This document shows positions 21,679 to 30,394 of a stretch of 46,586 nt of DNA, piece by piece. Both the position numbers and the translations under genes were made by a program. The notes under the pieces were generated by a model, which did not search any database, was not told the origin of the DNA, and worked only from the letters and a program-made list of their open reading frames with translations. Source of the DNA: Marinobacter sp. (GTDB taxonomy: Bacteria > Pseudomonadota > Gammaproteobacteria > Pseudomonadales > Oleiphilaceae); the NCBI GenBank assembly GCA_033721635.1, contig JAWWAT010000001.1, positions 1 through 46,586 on the forward strand, given 5' to 3'. The stretch's first letter is position 1. Each line of letters begins with the position of its first letter.

Positions 21679-23835
21679 TCAGCCTGGCCCGGCTCTCTCA
21701 ACCTGTCTTGCCTGAACGGCGGTCAGGGCAATTGTAAATACAATATCTTCCACCAGCGCGCCCCGGGACAGATCGTTGACCGGCTTGCGCAGCCCCTGCA
21801 GCATTGGCCCGATACTGACCACGTTGGCACTGCGCTGCACGGCCTTGTAGGTGGTGTTGCCGGTATTCAGATCCGGGAACACGAATACCGTGGTCTTACC
21901 TGCAACCTTGCTGTCCGGCGCCTTGCTCCTGGCCACGCTATCGATGGCCGCAGCATCGTACTGAAGCGGCCCGTCTATCAATAGATCCGGCCTGCGCTCA
22001 CGAGCTATCCTCGTGGCTTCTCTGACCTTATCGACATCCTGACCACTGCCTGACTCCCCAGTGCTGTAGCTGATCATCGCGACCAGTGGTTCGATTCCGA
22101 AGGCTTCTGCAGATTCCGCGCTCTGGATCGCAATGTCTGCCAGTTCCTCGGCATTGGGGTCGGGATTGATGGCGCAGTCCCCATAAACAACCACCTGTTG
22201 CGGCAGTAGCATGAAGAACACCGAAGAGACCACTTTTGCATGGTCATGGGTCTTGATCAGTTGAAGAGCGGGGCGAACTGTATTGGCGGTTGTGTGAATG
22301 GCACCCGATACCAGGCCATCGGCTTCATCCAGAGCCACCATCATGGTGCCGAGGACGACGTTGTCCTCGAGCATGGCCTCGGCCATGTCCGATGTCAGGC
22401 CCTTGTGTTTGCGAAGTTCCACCATCGGGTCGACATAGCGCTGCCGCACCTCTGATGGATCAATAATCTCGATGTCTTCGGGCAGTTCCAGGTCCTGGGA
22501 ATCCGCAACCCGCTTTATTTCCGCCGCATCACCAATCAGGGCGCAGCGCGCCAGCTTGCGTTGATGGCAGATGATGGCTGCCTGTACCGTTCTTGGTTCG
22601 CTGCCTTCCGGTAAAACGATGCGTTTGTCCGCTACCCGTGCGCGTTCGGAAAGCTGGTAGCGGAACGCGGGAGGCGAAAGCCTGTTCTGGCGGGCGACCT
22701 TGAGATGCTGCTGCAACCAGTCCGTGTCTATACGCGTGGCAACTGCCTCCATCGCTTTTTCAATCCGGTTCGGGTCATCGATGGGAATGCCCGAAGAGAG
22801 ATTGGCCAGCATGTGGGCGGTCTCATAGGTATTGGCATCGGAGCCGAGAACTGGCAGGCCGGTTTCCAACGCACGGTGACAGAGATCGATCACGCGCCGG
22901 TCCGGCATCAGACCGCCTGTCAGCATCAGGCCGGCCAGCGGCACTCCGTTCAGTGCAGCAACAGCCGTGGTCACCACAATGTCTTCCCGATCACCCGGTG
23001 TGACCAGGAGTGTTCCTGGTCTAAGGGTCTCGGTCATGTTGCGGATGCTTCGGGCGCACACCGACACCTTCTGGACGCGTCTGGCGTGCATCTGGCCCTC
23101 GTTGAGAATGGGTAATCCGAGTTCCCTGGCTATGTCGGAGACCCTCGGTGCAAGCAGCTCCGGCTGCCATGGAATCTCCGCAATCAGCCGAAAACGGCCC
23201 TCGCTGAATACTTTGCACTGACTCTGGTAGTCAATGGTGCTGGGGGCAGGGTGGTTGCTGTTGGAGCGGGGCTCAAGCCCAGCCTGTTCGGGTTCGCCGA
23301 CCTTGTTGAGTATGACACCAATAACATCTGGGTCGCTCGGATTGGCAAACAGGCGCGATGAGAAGTCCAGCTCTTCATCCATTTGCCGGGCATCCAGATC
23401 CTTCGGAGTGCTTACCAGGATGACTTCGGAACCGAGATTCCGGGCGACCTCTACGTTCAGCCTTGCAATGTAGGCTTCGCTGCGGTCAGGGACCAGCCCT
23501 TCGATGATCACCACGTCCACGTCCCTGGCAACCTTCTGGTATTCGCCGACCACTGTCTCCATCAGGTAATCCGATTTGCCCCTGTTGAGCAGTTGCTGGG
23601 CTTCCTTCAGGGCTATCGGGTCCGGCGGGTTCAGATGACTTCTTGCACGGACGAAGGCCACAGAAGTGTCCTTGCCGGCGTTGTGCATGGATTCGGCGCG
23701 GTGAACGGTCTGACAGAACGGCTTGTAAAAGCCGACGCTCACGCCCACTCGCTCCAGGGCGCGCAACAGGCCCAGGCAGACCGACGTGAGCCCTGAATCC
23801 ATGGATGTCGGTGCAAAAAAGAGACTCTTTGCCAT
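21679..23835 (-). CDS. pta: Phosphate acetyltransferase (long form)
   Basis: N-terminal BioD-like region, DRTGG-like domain (VTPGDRED), catalytic RIVLPEG, GDCAINPDP, FPDLNTGNTTYK, DLSRG. Confidence 0.96.
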   Translation of the reverse strand: MAKSLFFAPTSMDSGLTSVCLGLLRALERVGVSVGFYKPFCQTVHRAESMHNAGKDTSVAFVRARSHLNPPDPIALKEAQQLLNRGKSDYLMETVVGEYQKVARDVDVVIIEGLVPDRSEAYIARLNVEVARNLGSEVILVSTPKDLDARQMDEELDFSSRLFANPSDPDVIGVILNKVGEPEQAGLEPRSNSNHPAPSTIDYQSQCKVFSEGRFRLIAEIPWQPELLAPRVSDIARELGLPILNEGQMHARRVQKVSVCARSIRNMTETLRPGTLLVTPGDREDIVVTTAVAALNGVPLAGLMLTGGLMPDRRVIDLCHRALETGLPVLGSDANTYETAHMLANLSSGIPIDDPNRIEKAMEAVATRIDTDWLQQHLKVARQNRLSPPAFRYQLSERARVADKRIVLPEGSEPRTVQAAIICHQRKLARCALIGDAAEIKRVADSQDLELPEDIEIIDPSEVRQRYVDPMVELRKHKGLTSDMAEAMLEDNVVLGTMMVALDEADGLVSGAIHTTANTVRPALQLIKTHDHAKVVSSVFFMLLPQQVVVYGDCAINPDPNAEELADIAIQSAESAEAFGIEPLVAMISYSTGESGSGQDVDKVREATRIARERRPDLLIDGPLQYDAAAIDSVARSKAPDSKVAGKTTVFVFPDLNTGNTTYKAVQRSANVVSIGPMLQGLRKPVNDLSRGALVEDIVFTIALTAVQARQVERAGPG

Positions 23836-23862
23836 GATGGTATTCCTGATGATGCGTGTGGG

Positions 23863-25059
23863 TCAGCCCCTGGCGACAGAACCGGCAAGCCGGGATGCTT
23901 CCCGTGCAATGACCAGTTCCTCGTTGGTGGGAATCACCAATATGGGAAATCTGGAGTCGGGGCTCTCGATCCGCCCGTCGCTGAACTCGCCATGATGGTT
24001 GTTGAGGTCCGGACTGAGTTCAAATCCCATGAGTGTAAGATGGTTAATGGTCTCGGCTCTGATCCGGGCACTGTTTTCCCCGATGCCGCCAGTGAAAACC
24101 AGCGCGTCCAGGTGGCTAAGCGATGCCAGCATGGCCCCGACGTAACGGGCCAGGCGGAAGCAGAACACATCAATGGCGGTTTGTGATGGCTCATGGCCAT
24201 GATCCGCGAGTTCACAGAGCGAGCGCATGTCATTGGTCTGGCCGGACAGGCCAAGGAGGCCGCTTTCCTGGTTCAGGATCCGGTGCACCTCATCGGCGGC
24301 CAGGCCTTTGCTGCGGAGAAATTCGAACAGGCCAGGGTCGACATCCCCGCTGCGGGTTCCCATCACCAGGCCCTCCAGTGGTGTAAGGCCCATGCTGGTA
24401 TCCACACTGATTCCGTCCCGGATGGCCGTAATGCTGCATCCGTTGCCCAGGTGGGCCGAGATGACCGAGGTGGTGGCCGGTGTTTTGCCCAACAAACGAG
24501 CAGTTTCGGCAGCCATGAAGGCATGACTGGTACCATGGAATCCGTAGCGGCGGATTCCCCATTCGCGATACCAGGCCTCCGGGAGCGCATAAAGGAATGC
24601 CCTTTTGGGCAGAGTCTGGTGAAAGGCGGTGTCGAAAACGGCGGTCTGGGGCACCCCGGGAAACTGAGCCAGGGTTGCGCGGATCCCGGACAGATTGACC
24701 GGGTTGTGCAGTGGAGCAAGGCCCTCGCACTTCTCAATGGCCTCAACGACATCGTCATCAAGCAGTGCGGCTTCACGGAAAGTCTCACCGCCATGAACAA
24801 CACGGTGACCAATGGCCGTTGGGGCAGTTGCCATCAATCCCTTATCCCTGAATGCAGAAACTAGCTTATTCAGCGCCTGATCGTGGCTGGCGCCGGGGTC
24901 CAGCAGGATGGTCTCTTCCTGGCCTTCAACGCGGGCAAATGCATCGTTTTGGCCCAGGCGCTCAGCGAGCGCTGATGCCAGCTTTCTATGTTGGCCATCG
25001 AATAAGGCGAGTTTCAGAGACGAGCTGCCGCAGTTCACGACAAGTACGGTGTCTTCCAT
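23863..25059 (-). CDS. ackA: Acetate kinase
   Basis: VNCGSSSLK, GHRVVHGG, APLHNP, FDTAFH, YGFHGTSH, TSMGLTPLEG, FTGGIGEN, PTNEE. Confidence 0.97.
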   Translation of the reverse strand: MEDTVLVVNCGSSSLKLALFDGQHRKLASALAERLGQNDAFARVEGQEETILLDPGASHDQALNKLVSAFRDKGLMATAPTAIGHRVVHGGETFREAALLDDDVVEAIEKCEGLAPLHNPVNLSGIRATLAQFPGVPQTAVFDTAFHQTLPKRAFLYALPEAWYREWGIRRYGFHGTSHAFMAAETARLLGKTPATTSVISAHLGNGCSITAIRDGISVDTSMGLTPLEGLVMGTRSGDVDPGLFEFLRSKGLAADEVHRILNQESGLLGLSGQTNDMRSLCELADHGHEPSQTAIDVFCFRLARYVGAMLASLSHLDALVFTGGIGENSARIRAETINHLTLMGFELSPDLNNHHGEFSDGRIESPDSRFPILVIPTNEELVIAREASRLAGSVARG

Positions 25060-25086
25060 GGGGGTGAGGTTCCAAAGGTTTTCGAT

Positions 25087-27516
25087 CTATACTCGATGAT
25101 TACTGGCCAGCCAGGCTTCAAAATCCGATGCCGGCAGGGGGCGGCTGTAGAAATACCCCTGGGAGAAGTCGCAGCCTTCCTTTTTCAGGAAATGGGTCTG
25201 GGCCTCTTCTTCCACACCTTCAGCGATCACCCGCAGCCCCAGGCTATGGGCCATGTTGATGATGGCCCGCACCAGTGACGCATCTTCAGGTTCCTTCATG
25301 ACATCCTGAACAAACGATTTATCGATTTTCAGGGTATCAAACGGGTAGCTCTTCAGATAGCTGAGGGCAGAGTAGCCGGTACCAAAATCGTCTACTGACA
25401 AGCGGATCCCGGCCTTGTCGAGCTGGCGCAGGATTTCGGCGGTTTCAATGGAGTTGTCCAGAATCAGTCGTTCGGTGATTTCAAGTTCCAGCTGTTCCGG
25501 TGCAAGGCCGCTGGTCGAGAGAGCGTGCATCACGGCCTCGGTGAAGCCCGGATCACGGAACTGGCGGGGCGACACGTTCACGGAAATACCAATGTCTTTT
25601 CCGATGGCCTCTTTCCATCCCACGGCCGCCCGACAAGCCTCCTCGAGAACCCACTCGCCGATGGGCGTTATCAGGCCGGTTTCCTCGGCCAGGGGAATAA
25701 ACCGATCGGGCATTACCATGCCCATGGCCGGGTTGTTCCAGCGCAGCAGCGCCTCGACCGAGCAAAGCGTGCCGGAATCGGTATTCACGATGGGCTGGAA
25801 ATACAGTTCAAATTCCTTCAGCTCCAGAGCCCTGCGCATGCTGGATTCCATCTTCAGGCGCTCGTGGGAGACCTCGGTCATTTCCGGTGCGAAATGGGCG
25901 AAGGAACTTTTGCCTTTGTGTTTGGCCTGGTACATGGCGGCGTCGGCGTGCTGCAGCAGCGTGCCGCTGTTGTCAGAGTCTGTCGGGAAAATGGCGATAC
26001 CAATGCTCGTGGTGACAAAAACCTCCTGGCCATTAAGGATGTAGGGCGGTGAGAAGGTTTTCAGTATACGCTCTGCAACCTGCGAGGAAGCCTCCGGCCC
26101 GGTCAGGCCCGGCAGGATTACCAGGAACTCATCGCCTCCCAGCCGTGCAACGGTGCTGGTGCCACGGAGGCAGCTGGAAATTCGACGGGCTGCCTCAATC
26201 AGCAGGTTGTCGCCCGCGTCGTGGCCAAGGGTATCGTTGATGTGCTTGAAGTTGTCGAGGTCCAGGAACATTACTCCCACAAGGGTGCTTTCCCGGCGTG
26301 CCTGTGCCAGCGCCAGTTTCAGACGGTCCAGGGCCAGCATCCGGTTGGGCAGTCCGGTGAGGATGTCGTAGTTGGCCTGGCGCAGGAGTTGCTGTTCATA
26401 GCGTTTACGGATGCTGATGTCTTCACCGAGGATGAGGTAGCCGGTGGTGCCGCCTGATTCGTCCTTGATCGGGGTAACAATCAGTTGCTCCCAGAAGCGT
26501 TCGCCATTACGGCGCACGCTGTTCACCTCACCCTGCCAGACGCCAACGCGCTGCACCTGCAAGCGGATCGACTGCCAAAGGTGCCGGCTTTCACGGTTTT
26601 CGATATCGTTGGCCCCGAGTGCGCCAGGGTGCTTTCCGATAATCGACCCGGCGTCATAGCCGGTTAACTGGGTGAATTTCTGGTTGGCAAATTCGATACG
26701 CCACTGACGGTCGCAGATGAGGACAGAGGAGGGACTCTGTTCAATGGCCTTGGAAAACTTCCGGATTTCCGCCGCATCCTTTTGCTGGCGTTCCATGTCT
26801 GCATTGAGTCGCTCGCGCATCTGATTGATGGCGTCAGTGACGCGACCCAGCTCATCGTTCCTGTTTAATGGTGTGTTGGGTCTATCCAGTGTTAGTGGCT
26901 TCGAGGTGGTCTTCAGTGAAAAGTCCCGGGCGTAATTCGCCATGGTAGTGAGATGGCGAGCCACGAAATGCTGGAAGATCCAGATAATCAGGATCGAAAC
27001 GAAAAAGGTCTTCAGGAACTGGGTCAGGAGAATAACCCCCACCTTTCGCTTGAGTTCGTCGTAGACCCGGTCCAAGTCTGCAGTCACCGTCAGCTCACCC
27101 AGCTTGAACATTTCATCGCCCTGGTGAACGAGACTGAAGCTGTGGGAGGTGGTTTTCGCATCTCGCGGGATCTCTCCCATAACCAGCTCGGAATCGGGTT
27201 CGATTCTCAGCCGCAGATGAACCACGTCGGGCAAGCTGAGTATGCCCTCCATCTGGGTTTGAAGCAGTTTCTGGTCCAGGGCCCAGAGGCTGCGGGCCAG
27301 ACTGGATGCATAGCCGGCTTCAACCACCTGCATGCGGTTGTCGATTTGCGAGAGGTCTTTTCGATAATCGGAGTAGATCTGGAGCGCGGAGGCCACCAGT
27401 GTAAAGGCGGAGCTGAACAGAAGAATCCAGGCCAGCAGCCTGAAAGACAGGGGCGAGCCTGTGCGAAAACGTTGGAGACGCGTCGACAGTTTTGGCATGT
27501 CTTGAACTTCAGCCAC
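25087..27516 (-). CDS. Membrane-anchored periplasmic sensor-HAMP-PAS-GGDEF-EAL c-di-GMP enzyme
   Basis: Two TM helices, HAMP (DELGRVTDAINQM), PAS, DLDNFK..ND.LGH..GD, RLGGDEF, EALLRW, LEITE, DDFGTGYS, EGVE, QGY. Start GTG 27516 or ATG 27498. Confidence 0.92.
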   Translation of the reverse strand: MAEVQDMPKLSTRLQRFRTGSPLSFRLLAWILLFSSAFTLVASALQIYSDYRKDLSQIDNRMQVVEAGYASSLARSLWALDQKLLQTQMEGILSLPDVVHLRLRIEPDSELVMGEIPRDAKTTSHSFSLVHQGDEMFKLGELTVTADLDRVYDELKRKVGVILLTQFLKTFFVSILIIWIFQHFVARHLTTMANYARDFSLKTTSKPLTLDRPNTPLNRNDELGRVTDAINQMRERLNADMERQQKDAAEIRKFSKAIEQSPSSVLICDRQWRIEFANQKFTQLTGYDAGSIIGKHPGALGANDIENRESRHLWQSIRLQVQRVGVWQGEVNSVRRNGERFWEQLIVTPIKDESGGTTGYLILGEDISIRKRYEQQLLRQANYDILTGLPNRMLALDRLKLALAQARRESTLVGVMFLDLDNFKHINDTLGHDAGDNLLIEAARRISSCLRGTSTVARLGGDEFLVILPGLTGPEASSQVAERILKTFSPPYILNGQEVFVTTSIGIAIFPTDSDNSGTLLQHADAAMYQAKHKGKSSFAHFAPEMTEVSHERLKMESSMRRALELKEFELYFQPIVNTDSGTLCSVEALLRWNNPAMGMVMPDRFIPLAEETGLITPIGEWVLEEACRAAVGWKEAIGKDIGISVNVSPRQFRDPGFTEAVMHALSTSGLAPEQLELEITERLILDNSIETAEILRQLDKAGIRLSVDDFGTGYSALSYLKSYPFDTLKIDKSFVQDVMKEPEDASLVRAIINMAHSLGLRVIAEGVEEEAQTHFLKKEGCDFSQGYFYSRPLPASDFEAWLASNHRV

Positions 27517-27555
27517 CCGGACCGGTTAGGAGATCGGACACTTCCTTTGTTTCCG

Positions 27556-27564
27556 ACTATAGCA
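27556..27564 (-). promoter_or_regulatory. Extended -10 promoter for the GGDEF/EAL gene
   Basis: Minus strand TG-C-TATAGT, about 40 nt upstream of the GTG start. Confidence 0.45.
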
Positions 27565-27658
27565 GCAGTTTCTTTTAATTGCCTTGCAAATGCAGGAAAA
27601 ATCGAAGGAAATGTGTAGTGGTTCAGTATTTATGCGTACACCGGGTCTGGTGAATACG

Positions 27659-27672
27659 TTGATCTGGATCAA
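27659..27672 (+). promoter_or_regulatory. Perfect FNR/ANR box
   Basis: TTGAT-CTGG-ATCAA, the exact TTGAT-N4-ATCAA consensus. Candidate -10 TAATCT at 27695-27700 gives class II (-41.5) geometry toward the small ORF. Confidence 0.85.
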
Positions 27673-27738
27673 TACCTTGCGGATAGCCCGGGCGTAATCT
27701 CAATTTAATCAAGTTCATTGCCGGAAGGGGAAAACAAC

Positions 27739-27891
27739 ATGTATATGGACGCTGTTGTAATCGCAGGTATTGCTACCGTACTGCTGATGGTTGGCTTTTT
27801 CGTTGGTGTTGGCATCTTCGTGATGAAAGATCAGAAAGAGCACGGACACCAGGACAGAAGAGACGGGAAGCACGGCCACAAGCCGGTCTGA
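27739..27891 (+). CDS. ccoM: CcoM-like small membrane subunit of cbb3-type cytochrome c oxidase (50 aa, not in the ORF track)
   Basis: Hand translation MYMDAVVIAGIATVLLMVGFFVGVGIFVMKDQKEHGHQDRRDGKHGHKPV*: one TM helix resembling Pseudomonas CcoM (D.VV.AG..TV.LM..F..G.G.F..KD). SD AAGGGG and FNR box upstream. Confidence 0.8.
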   Translation: MYMDAVVIAGIATVLLMVGFFVGVGIFVMKDQKEHGHQDRRDGKHGHKPV

Positions 27892-27895
27892 CAAG

Positions 27896-27926
27896 TCACT
27901 GGGAAACTCCGGTTTCCCTGACATTT
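27896..27926. terminator. Hairpin between convergent ccoM and tRNA-Glu
   Basis: GTCA-CT-GGGAAAC-TCCG-GTTTCCC-TGAC followed by ATTT; weak U-tract. Confidence 0.4.
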
Positions 27927-27940
27927 CAAGGCAGAAAAAT

Positions 27941-28016
27941 TGGCGTCCCCTAGGGGGTTCGAACCCCTGTTGCCGCCGTGAAAGGGCGGAGTCCTAGGCC
28001 ACTAGACGAAGGGGAC
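27941..28016 (-). tRNA. tRNA-Glu(TTC)
   Basis: Reverse complement GTCCCCTTCGTCTAGTGGCCTAGGACTCCGCCCTTTCACGGCGGCAACAGGGGTTCGAACCCCCTAGGGGACGCCA; anticodon TTC, encoded CCA. Confidence 0.98.
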
Positions 28017-28048
28017 GCAACGTTTTCAACACCTTGCCTCGTCGAGGT

Positions 28049-28103
28049 GGCGCGTATATTAAGTAAGCTTCGAAACCCTGTCAACGCCTTTTTTGAAAAA
28101 AAA
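28049..28103 (-). promoter_or_regulatory. Stable-RNA-type sigma70 promoter of tRNA-Glu
   Basis: Minus strand TTGACA (28084-28079), 17 nt, TAATAT (28061-28056), GC discriminator ACGCGCC; A/T tracts upstream (UP element). Confidence 0.75.
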
Positions 28104-28199
28104 TCCGAGACGCTGACTGGGTCCTTCACGACACCAGGGACTCACAATCAGTGCCCTGGATCCGCTTTACATCCGCAGCCACCAATGGCGGAAGCCGTT

Positions 28200-29117
28200 C
28201 TATCGGGGCGAACCCGGGGCAACGGATTGGGATAGCGCCTGCTCAAGCTCTGGATATCTGAACTGGAACCCCTGGTCGATCAGCTTTTCTGGTAGCGCCC
28301 TTTGGCCAGTCAGCAGAAGCCGGGCCATTTCTCCGAGGGCAATCTTTAGTACCGGTGCTGGCGCGGGAAAAAGCGTGGGGCGGTGCAAGACCTTACCCAG
28401 GCACCGGGTAAACTCGGCATTGGTGGCCGGGTTCGGGCCCACCACATTGAATGGGCCGGAGGCGTTTGGAGTTTCCAGCATCCATATAAGGGCGCCAACG
28501 ACGTCGTCGCGGTGTACCCACGGCATGTACTGCTTGCCGCTTCCCAGACGCCCGCCAAGCCCAAGTTTGAAGGGTAGAATCATCCGTTCAAGAAAGCCGC
28601 CATCAGGGCCTGCCACTACACCCGTTCGGGAGTAGCATACTCTCACGCCATCGTCCGCGAGGGGTTGGGCGGCATTCTCCCAGTCGCGACAAAGCCGGTG
28701 GGTGAATTCATCGTTGGGGCTGGTGTCTTCGGTGACAGTTGCGGACCCCTGGTCCCCGTAGAAGCCAACAGCCGAACCCGAGACCAGCACCTCCGGTGCC
28801 CGTTCCCAACTGCGAACAACCTCAACCAGCGTTTCGGTCACGCCTATACGGCTGTCCCGCAGTTCCTGCTTGCGGGCTTCCGACCAACGTTTGTCGGCAA
28901 TGCCTTCGCCGGCGAGGTTGATCACAGCGTCGTAGCCGGGGTGGGATCGAAGCTGCTGCAGGTCGCGGATGGCTTCGACCCGACCACAGCTGGACTTGAC
29001 CGCTTCTGCCGATTGCCGGCTGAAAACTGTGATTTCGAAATTCCGTGCCAGCAATTCACGGCACAGAACATGGCCGATAAACCCGGTACCACCGGTAATC
29101 AGAATCCTTTTCGACAT
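28200..29117 (-). CDS. TIGR01777 family NAD-dependent epimerase/oxidoreductase (YfcH-like)
   Basis: ILITGGTGFIG, VINLAGEGIADKRWS, SGSAVGFYG, GLGGRLGSGKQYMPWVH, LLLTGQRALP. Confidence 0.92.
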   Translation of the reverse strand: MSKRILITGGTGFIGHVLCRELLARNFEITVFSRQSAEAVKSSCGRVEAIRDLQQLRSHPGYDAVINLAGEGIADKRWSEARKQELRDSRIGVTETLVEVVRSWERAPEVLVSGSAVGFYGDQGSATVTEDTSPNDEFTHRLCRDWENAAQPLADDGVRVCYSRTGVVAGPDGGFLERMILPFKLGLGGRLGSGKQYMPWVHRDDVVGALIWMLETPNASGPFNVVGPNPATNAEFTRCLGKVLHRPTLFPAPAPVLKIALGEMARLLLTGQRALPEKLIDQGFQFRYPELEQALSQSVAPGSPR

Positions 29118-29171
29118 AATTGTTGCTCCTGTTGCGCACTGCCTGCCGGATTGGTTAAAAGCATGCCCGGC

Positions 29172-29546
29172 TCAGGCTGGCGTCTGTTCCAGTTGAAGCA
29201 TAACAACATCCCGGATCGCCTGTCCTAGCAAAGGGTTTTCTCCAATCGGTGGCGCAAGTTGGATGGTTGCGCCATGTACTTTCTCGAGTTCTTTGATCAT
29301 AGCGGGAACGTCCTTTCGCAAGTGACGCCCGGCTGCAAGAAACAGGGGAATGATCGTAAAATCGCTGACGCCTTCGGCGACACTCTCCCTGATCACGGTG
29401 TCCATGGATGGTTCAGCGAGTTCCATGTAGGCAATCCGAGCGTTGTCGACGGAATTGAGGGTTGGCTCAGCAAGCTTTTCGAAGGTTTCACACCAGCGCT
29501 TGTCACTGCTTCCATGTGCCAACAGAATAATGCGGGGACTCGTCAT
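29172..29546 (-). CDS. Short-form CbiX/SirB sirohydrochlorin chelatase
   Basis: ATG 29546 with SD GGAG; LLAHGS, AYMELAEP, PLFLAAGRHLRKDVP (both His ligands); single 124-aa domain. Confidence 0.85.
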   Translation of the reverse strand: MTSPRIILLAHGSSDKRWCETFEKLAEPTLNSVDNARIAYMELAEPSMDTVIRESVAEGVSDFTIIPLFLAAGRHLRKDVPAMIKELEKVHGATIQLAPPIGENPLLGQAIRDVVMLQLEQTPA

Positions 29547-29646
29547 TGCCGCTCCTGGAGTAGTCAATTTGATTGGGCCTGTCGTAAATCCGGGTTGCCG
29601 CCCGCTGTTAGGGCTGGCAGTTTCTAAGGTAACAGGGTGACGCTGA

Positions 29647-30249
29647 ATGTTCGATTGGAAAGAGATTCTGGATTTCTGGTTTGGTGAACTTGACGAAAAT
29701 GGGTTGCCGGACAGCGACCATCGGAACAAATGGTTCCGGTCTGACCGCAAGTTCGATCAGGAGATTCGCAGGCGTTTCCTGTCCATGGTGCTTTTCGCAT
29801 CTGAGCAGGGGCTGGATCACTGGCGCCGCGAGGCAGGTGGCATACTCGCCGAAATTATTCTCCTGGATCAGTTTTCCCGGAACATCTTCCGCGGCAGTGC
29901 CATGGCGTTTGATCAGGACCGTCAGGCCCGAAAACTCTGCCGGGAAGCCATGCAGAGAGGGCAGGATATGATGCTTGCTCCGGTCCACAGGGCTTTTCTC
30001 TATATGCCACTGCAGCATTCCGAGCTCAGGGACGATCAGGACGTCTCCGTGGAATGTTACGAACAGCTTGCACGCTCGTCCCAGGGCATTCTCGCTGATT
30101 TTATGGGCAGCTTTCTTCAGTCTGCCCGAGACCATCGTGCCATTATTCAGCAGTTCGGTCGCTTTCCCCACAGAAACAAGGCCCTGGGGAGAACATCGAC
30201 AGCAGATGAAGAGGTTTACCTCAAAGGCGGACGCAGATTTGGCCAGTAG
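29647..30249 (+). CDS. DUF924 family protein
   Basis: ILDFWF, WF...FDQEIRRRF, ILLDQFSRNIFRG, FLYMPLQHSE, FGRFPHRN..LGRTST. Confidence 0.9.
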   Translation: MFDWKEILDFWFGELDENGLPDSDHRNKWFRSDRKFDQEIRRRFLSMVLFASEQGLDHWRREAGGILAEIILLDQFSRNIFRGSAMAFDQDRQARKLCREAMQRGQDMMLAPVHRAFLYMPLQHSELRDDQDVSVECYEQLARSSQGILADFMGSFLQSARDHRAIIQQFGRFPHRNKALGRTSTADEEVYLKGGRRFGQ

Positions 30250-30394
30250 AGTACGCAGTGGTTTCTTAAAGTTTTGTATGAAAAACGTACATTCTGACGA
30301 GGTTACCAATATTCCCTGATAAAATGCCCGACACTGACTTTCGGCCGGGTGGCAACGGTTTGTGACCGCCCGCAATCATTATCGGGGACATTCA

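Noticed and set aside
27715-27924. 69-aa minus-strand ORF in the track
   Set aside because: Antisense to the better supported ccoM-like ORF, which has the SD, the FNR box and the family resemblance.
28104-28199. Imperfect hairpins between the tRNA-Glu promoter and the TIGR01777 stop
   Set aside because: Weak stems with no recognisable ncRNA motif; most simply the 3' end structure of the minus-strand mRNA.
29547-29750. N-terminal extensions given by the ORF track (CbiX; also iscS, ndk, secF, MOSC, topA, suhB)
   Set aside because: Longest-ORF artefacts that overlap neighbouring genes, tRNAs or promoters; downstream ATGs match the family N-termini and several have clear SD sequences.
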